NCBI RefSeq assembly: GCF_031769215.1
Contig: NW_026782650.1
Span: 186,001-250,000 of the forward strand
Source: Ylistrum balloti
Taxonomy: Eukaryota
Direction of reading: 5' to 3'
DNA length: 64,000 nt
Shown here: positions 60,349 to 64,000 of the stretch, piece by piece
Layout of the letters: each line of letters opens with the position of its first letter
Position numbering within the stretch: the stretch's first letter is position 1
Translations under genes and position numbers: made by a program
The notes under the pieces: model-generated
Told to the model about the DNA's origin: nothing
Seen by the model: only the letters and a program-made list of their open reading frames with translations
Databases searched by the model: none

Positions 60349-63109
60349 AAATGAAATTCTCACTATCTGGTTAGTTACATCGCACGGTTGGTATCGCTGC
60401 TGCACGGATTGCTTTGTTCAATCTCCATTCCAATGCTTTTAAGATTCCAATAACAGTTAAATTTTATTAGCGAAATACAGGCTGTATAAAGTTAGGTACA
60501 TGTATTTGAAATGGGAATAAAGAAATCGATAAATTAATTTTTAATGTTTTCCTGTCTATTTATAAAATATATCATGGCGAACACCATGCATACCTTCCTT
60601 AGTAAGTCACCTTGAAATGTCTATTACAGACTTATTTCTTTAGTAAAGGGTTTTCGCACCGGCAACTGTTACTGAAAACAGTTACACTGTTGACAAAATA
60701 GCGATATCATGGTCAACCGGCATATTCAAATACGTCCCGATATCGCTGTTAAGGCGATGGGAAGTAGTCGTTGCGCACGAATATTAAGAACTAGTAATGA
60801 TCGGTCGCTCTGTACTAAAGGAATCATGGATCAGCGTTTACCTTAATCCTAATGTCGTGCTCTATTTAGAAGACCCGCGGCCCCACCCATGGTTGCCATC
60901 AAAGTTCGTGTACGTAAGGAAGACAACTCTGGAATAAGATCATAATATAGGATCCTTTGTAGAGGCTGTGTAATTTGAAAACCACTTGAGCCCTTCTGTC
61001 GTTCTTAAGAAAAACTGCCATTATTGACGGAAATGCCTCTGTGGTTTTCCGATAAATGGAAGATGCAGGCATTCAAGGAACATAAACCGGAAGTAATCCG
61101 CGGCACTCATGGGGATCACGCCCATCACGTGACACAAAGATCCCATGATTACATAATTGTATATAGCGTTTTTACATATTGTAATTTCGCCCTGGTATTG
61201 TCTTTGAACTTATCTGAATTTCGAAATACACGTGAACAAGTTGGCTTGAACCAGAGATGGGTTTTATAACCATGTAAAGTGAAGCTGTTATGATTAGACA
61301 GGGAACACTGGAGCCGTAAATTGTAACAAGCCATCGGCGTATGATCTTCATCGGGACATCGATTCTACTGTATTTATCATGTTCTAGTAATATTTCTCAC
61401 AGTGAGAAAACAAACCTCTTCAACGGCAGTAAATTATCTTTATCTGTCTGATCTTAATGTATCATCTGACCAACATACTTCGTGAAACAGTTAAGCTTGG
61501 CAACGCATGCAAATATTTTCTTAAATGGTACTCTTTCATGAAATTCAATTTCAAAGCAACATATTTTATCGTGGAATTACTGACATGGCCCGCAAAAACT
61601 TAAACTTTATCCGAATTAGCCACCCCTTATGTTTGGTGTGTATCAGGAACTTGTCTTTGTTATGACAAGTCATTATCTGGGGGTCAGTGAATGGTCTTCC
61701 ACTAATTTTATCTAAACGCATACAAGTGTCTCTATTGTGTTCTTTGTTCATCTCTATTTATTTATTTCGTCCATGATAAATCTTTAGAGGACTACACATA
61801 TTCTATAAGTGTCAACAAGTTACGACAGATTCTATGAAAAGGTTTGAATTCCATATCACTGCAGGAGATGGTGTTAATACATATACTTTTTCATTAGACA
61901 ATTAAAACTTTTGAGCGACAAAGAGAAATAACAAAAAATCAAACCAACCTCTCTCTCCCTTATCAGTTACTATCGAGAAGACTTTGATAACGATCATTTG
62001 GTGTTGGTTTCATCTTGTTATTCAAAACCTGGAAACGAACGATGAAGATAAACATTCTGTTGAATTTAAACAATGAACTTATTGTTACGTAGTAAAAAAA
62101 CAACTGATGTGATTGGATAAGGTGTTAACTTTCAATGTTAGATAAATTGGCACAGTGAGTGTCCATCGTGAACGCTATATTATCCAAGCCTGTAGTCTCG
62201 ACACTGTATAACATCTAAAACGTTATCGATAGACAACAACACAAGATAGATGTGATGATCCCTGACATTACGGTACTTCAGCTGACCTTTCCGGCCTTCT
62301 ATGAAAGAAGAAACACGCTCCTGCTTTCAATATTTTTGTGTGCACGCGCTATTTACAGGAAGAGGTCGAACCCTTATTTACAAACATTAATTCAGCGTCT
62401 GAACTGACGGTCATCATATTAGCCGATTTTCTGTAATAAATATAAAGATTTTGTTATGACATATGATAGGAGACCGAGTAACTCACACGATCTGGTAACG
62501 ACCATCTGTTGTTGGTCTCTGGACACGTTCCAGGAATGCCTTACCTAACCTTGAACCCCAACATGCTTGTTTCAGTGATATAGACAACACAGTACGACGG
62601 ATACATCCTGTTTTTCTCTGTTTTATACAAATACATCGAGTACATAATTCTCGTATGTTATAAAAAGTGTTGAGGTTAAAGGCTTCCGCCGGAGGAGATT
62701 CAGGATGTTTGGACTTAAATTTGGGTAAAAGTAGTACTAATGATCCCATAATGACCTTTAATTGTGAACATGCATTTACTTAGTGCATATCAATAACTCC
62801 AATACATGCATGTTGACTTCACAAAAGTCTCGGAAGTGTCCATTAACTTTGAATTATCTATTTCAAAAATCCCGGAATTTCTTGAATTGTAAAAACATAT
62901 ATTCGCCAATACATCGTGACTAAATGATTATAGATGAGCGAAAAGCTCGAAACACGTATACGTGCACTGAAGTTTCGCAACTTCACTTCGTTATGTACCA
63001 ACAGAATCAGGGGTTAGAATGTATGGTCGTTTGGCGTGCATGCTGTATAATTTAGTTTGCGCATACGAATATGGCGGCGATTGTCCGCTTCCGGAGTAAG
63101 GAGTGAGTA

Positions 63110-63307
63110 CTGTAAACGTACCTATTTTGGCGCAATATCAATTTTGAAACAAAAAAACGTAATAATGAACTAGCGCATTCGCAATACTTGCTATATTGAC
63201 AACATACATTGTACAGGAACTGCAGTCAGCGCATTAATATTTCAGCGCTGTATCTTTGGCGCAAAAGCGCTAAAATGAGACTACCTCTAAAATATAATAG
63301 TTTTCAG
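63110..63307. mobile_element. ~200-bp MITE with TA target-site duplication (Tc1/mariner/pogo-type)
   Basis: TA|ctgtaaac..tattttggcgc ... gcgctaaaat...atagttttcag|TA. Imperfect terminal inverted repeats. Confidence 0.6.
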
Positions 63308-63700
63308 TATTCCATATTCTTTCCACAGTCATACCATAGATTCTTTCAATTCTAACTATTGAACAAAATGCATCCCTTAAAAAAAAAAAAAAAAACCATC
63401 TTCTAATATATTTTATCAAGTATGACATTGTTAGTCACAACTGCATACAGTACATCATCCAAAACAGATAACAGTACTCCTTAATCGATATATCCATGTA
63501 ACCACGCAAACGTTTGTTTCATTTTGGCGGATGCTTGATAGGTGTACAAAACCAAGTGTACGACCAGAATTGGTATGCGCTGATATTCGTATGTTCATCT
63601 AATTAGCTTACTATCTTGTGTCCAAAAAGCAAAAAAAAAAAAAAAAAAAAACAGAGATAACCTCACGAAGATTAAAAAGTAGCTTGAATCCATGCCGTAC

Positions 63701-63833
63701 CTCGTGCGAAGAAGAATTGCCTTCTTGTCATTGGTAATTGCTGTAGTAGCTAACATCTCTTGGGGGTTACTCCCATTCGTAAGGTGTTCAAATAAAAACG
63801 GCACTGCCGACTGTCTGTCTCGTCGCAAGATGT
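63701..63833 (-). CDS. Putative internal coding exon of an unidentified gene extending beyond the window
   Basis: Acceptor ttcttatgttcttcag|AC, open frame ILRRDRQSAVPFLFEHLTNGSNPQEMLATTAITNDKKAILLRT, donor AG|GTACGG. No family recognised. Confidence 0.4.
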
Positions 63834-64000
63834 CTGAAGAACATAAGAATTCAGGGGTGATTTACTAACCTCTTGCCTCCGAAGCTGACAGTCTCAGCAA
63901 TATTTGCAAACCAAATTACGCAATACGCTGGACCTCTGAACATCGAAAATATGTCATGACTTGTATTATCTCTGAAAACGTTCATATATATGAGTTTCAT

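Noticed and set aside
62483-62749. 88-aa minus-strand ORF as the next exon of the 63.7-kb gene
   Set aside because: The nearest acceptor joins in a frame that stops after a few codons. Linkage is unsupported.

Overview
AT-rich, intron-containing eukaryotic DNA. The repeat families and gene sequences suggest a bivalve mollusc, probably an oyster (inference). Six spliced genes were rebuilt by hand from GT-AG boundaries with consistent phases: inscuteable (INSC, -, runs off the left edge), SVIP (+, head-to-head with INSC), NDUFAF3 (+), AIF1/Iba1 (-), VTA1 (+) and a short plant/fungal-type CNNM (DUF21+CBS) metal transporter (-). There is also one orphan exon near the right edge. Introns and intergenic DNA hold decayed mobile elements (Tc1, CR1-like LINE, Penelope-like/Naiad-type 3' ends, tRNA-derived SINE-like copies, Helentron-type elements, MITEs) and many minisatellites. 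The stand-out signal is at 33703-34166: a tandem array whose 45-bp unit is, on the minus strand, one complete minimal type I hammerhead ribozyme. It has 10 copies with alternating variants and lies just upstream of AIF1 on the same strand. Two solo hammerheads occur at 6855 and 25809. Most ORFs in the supplied track are artefacts of introns or repeats.
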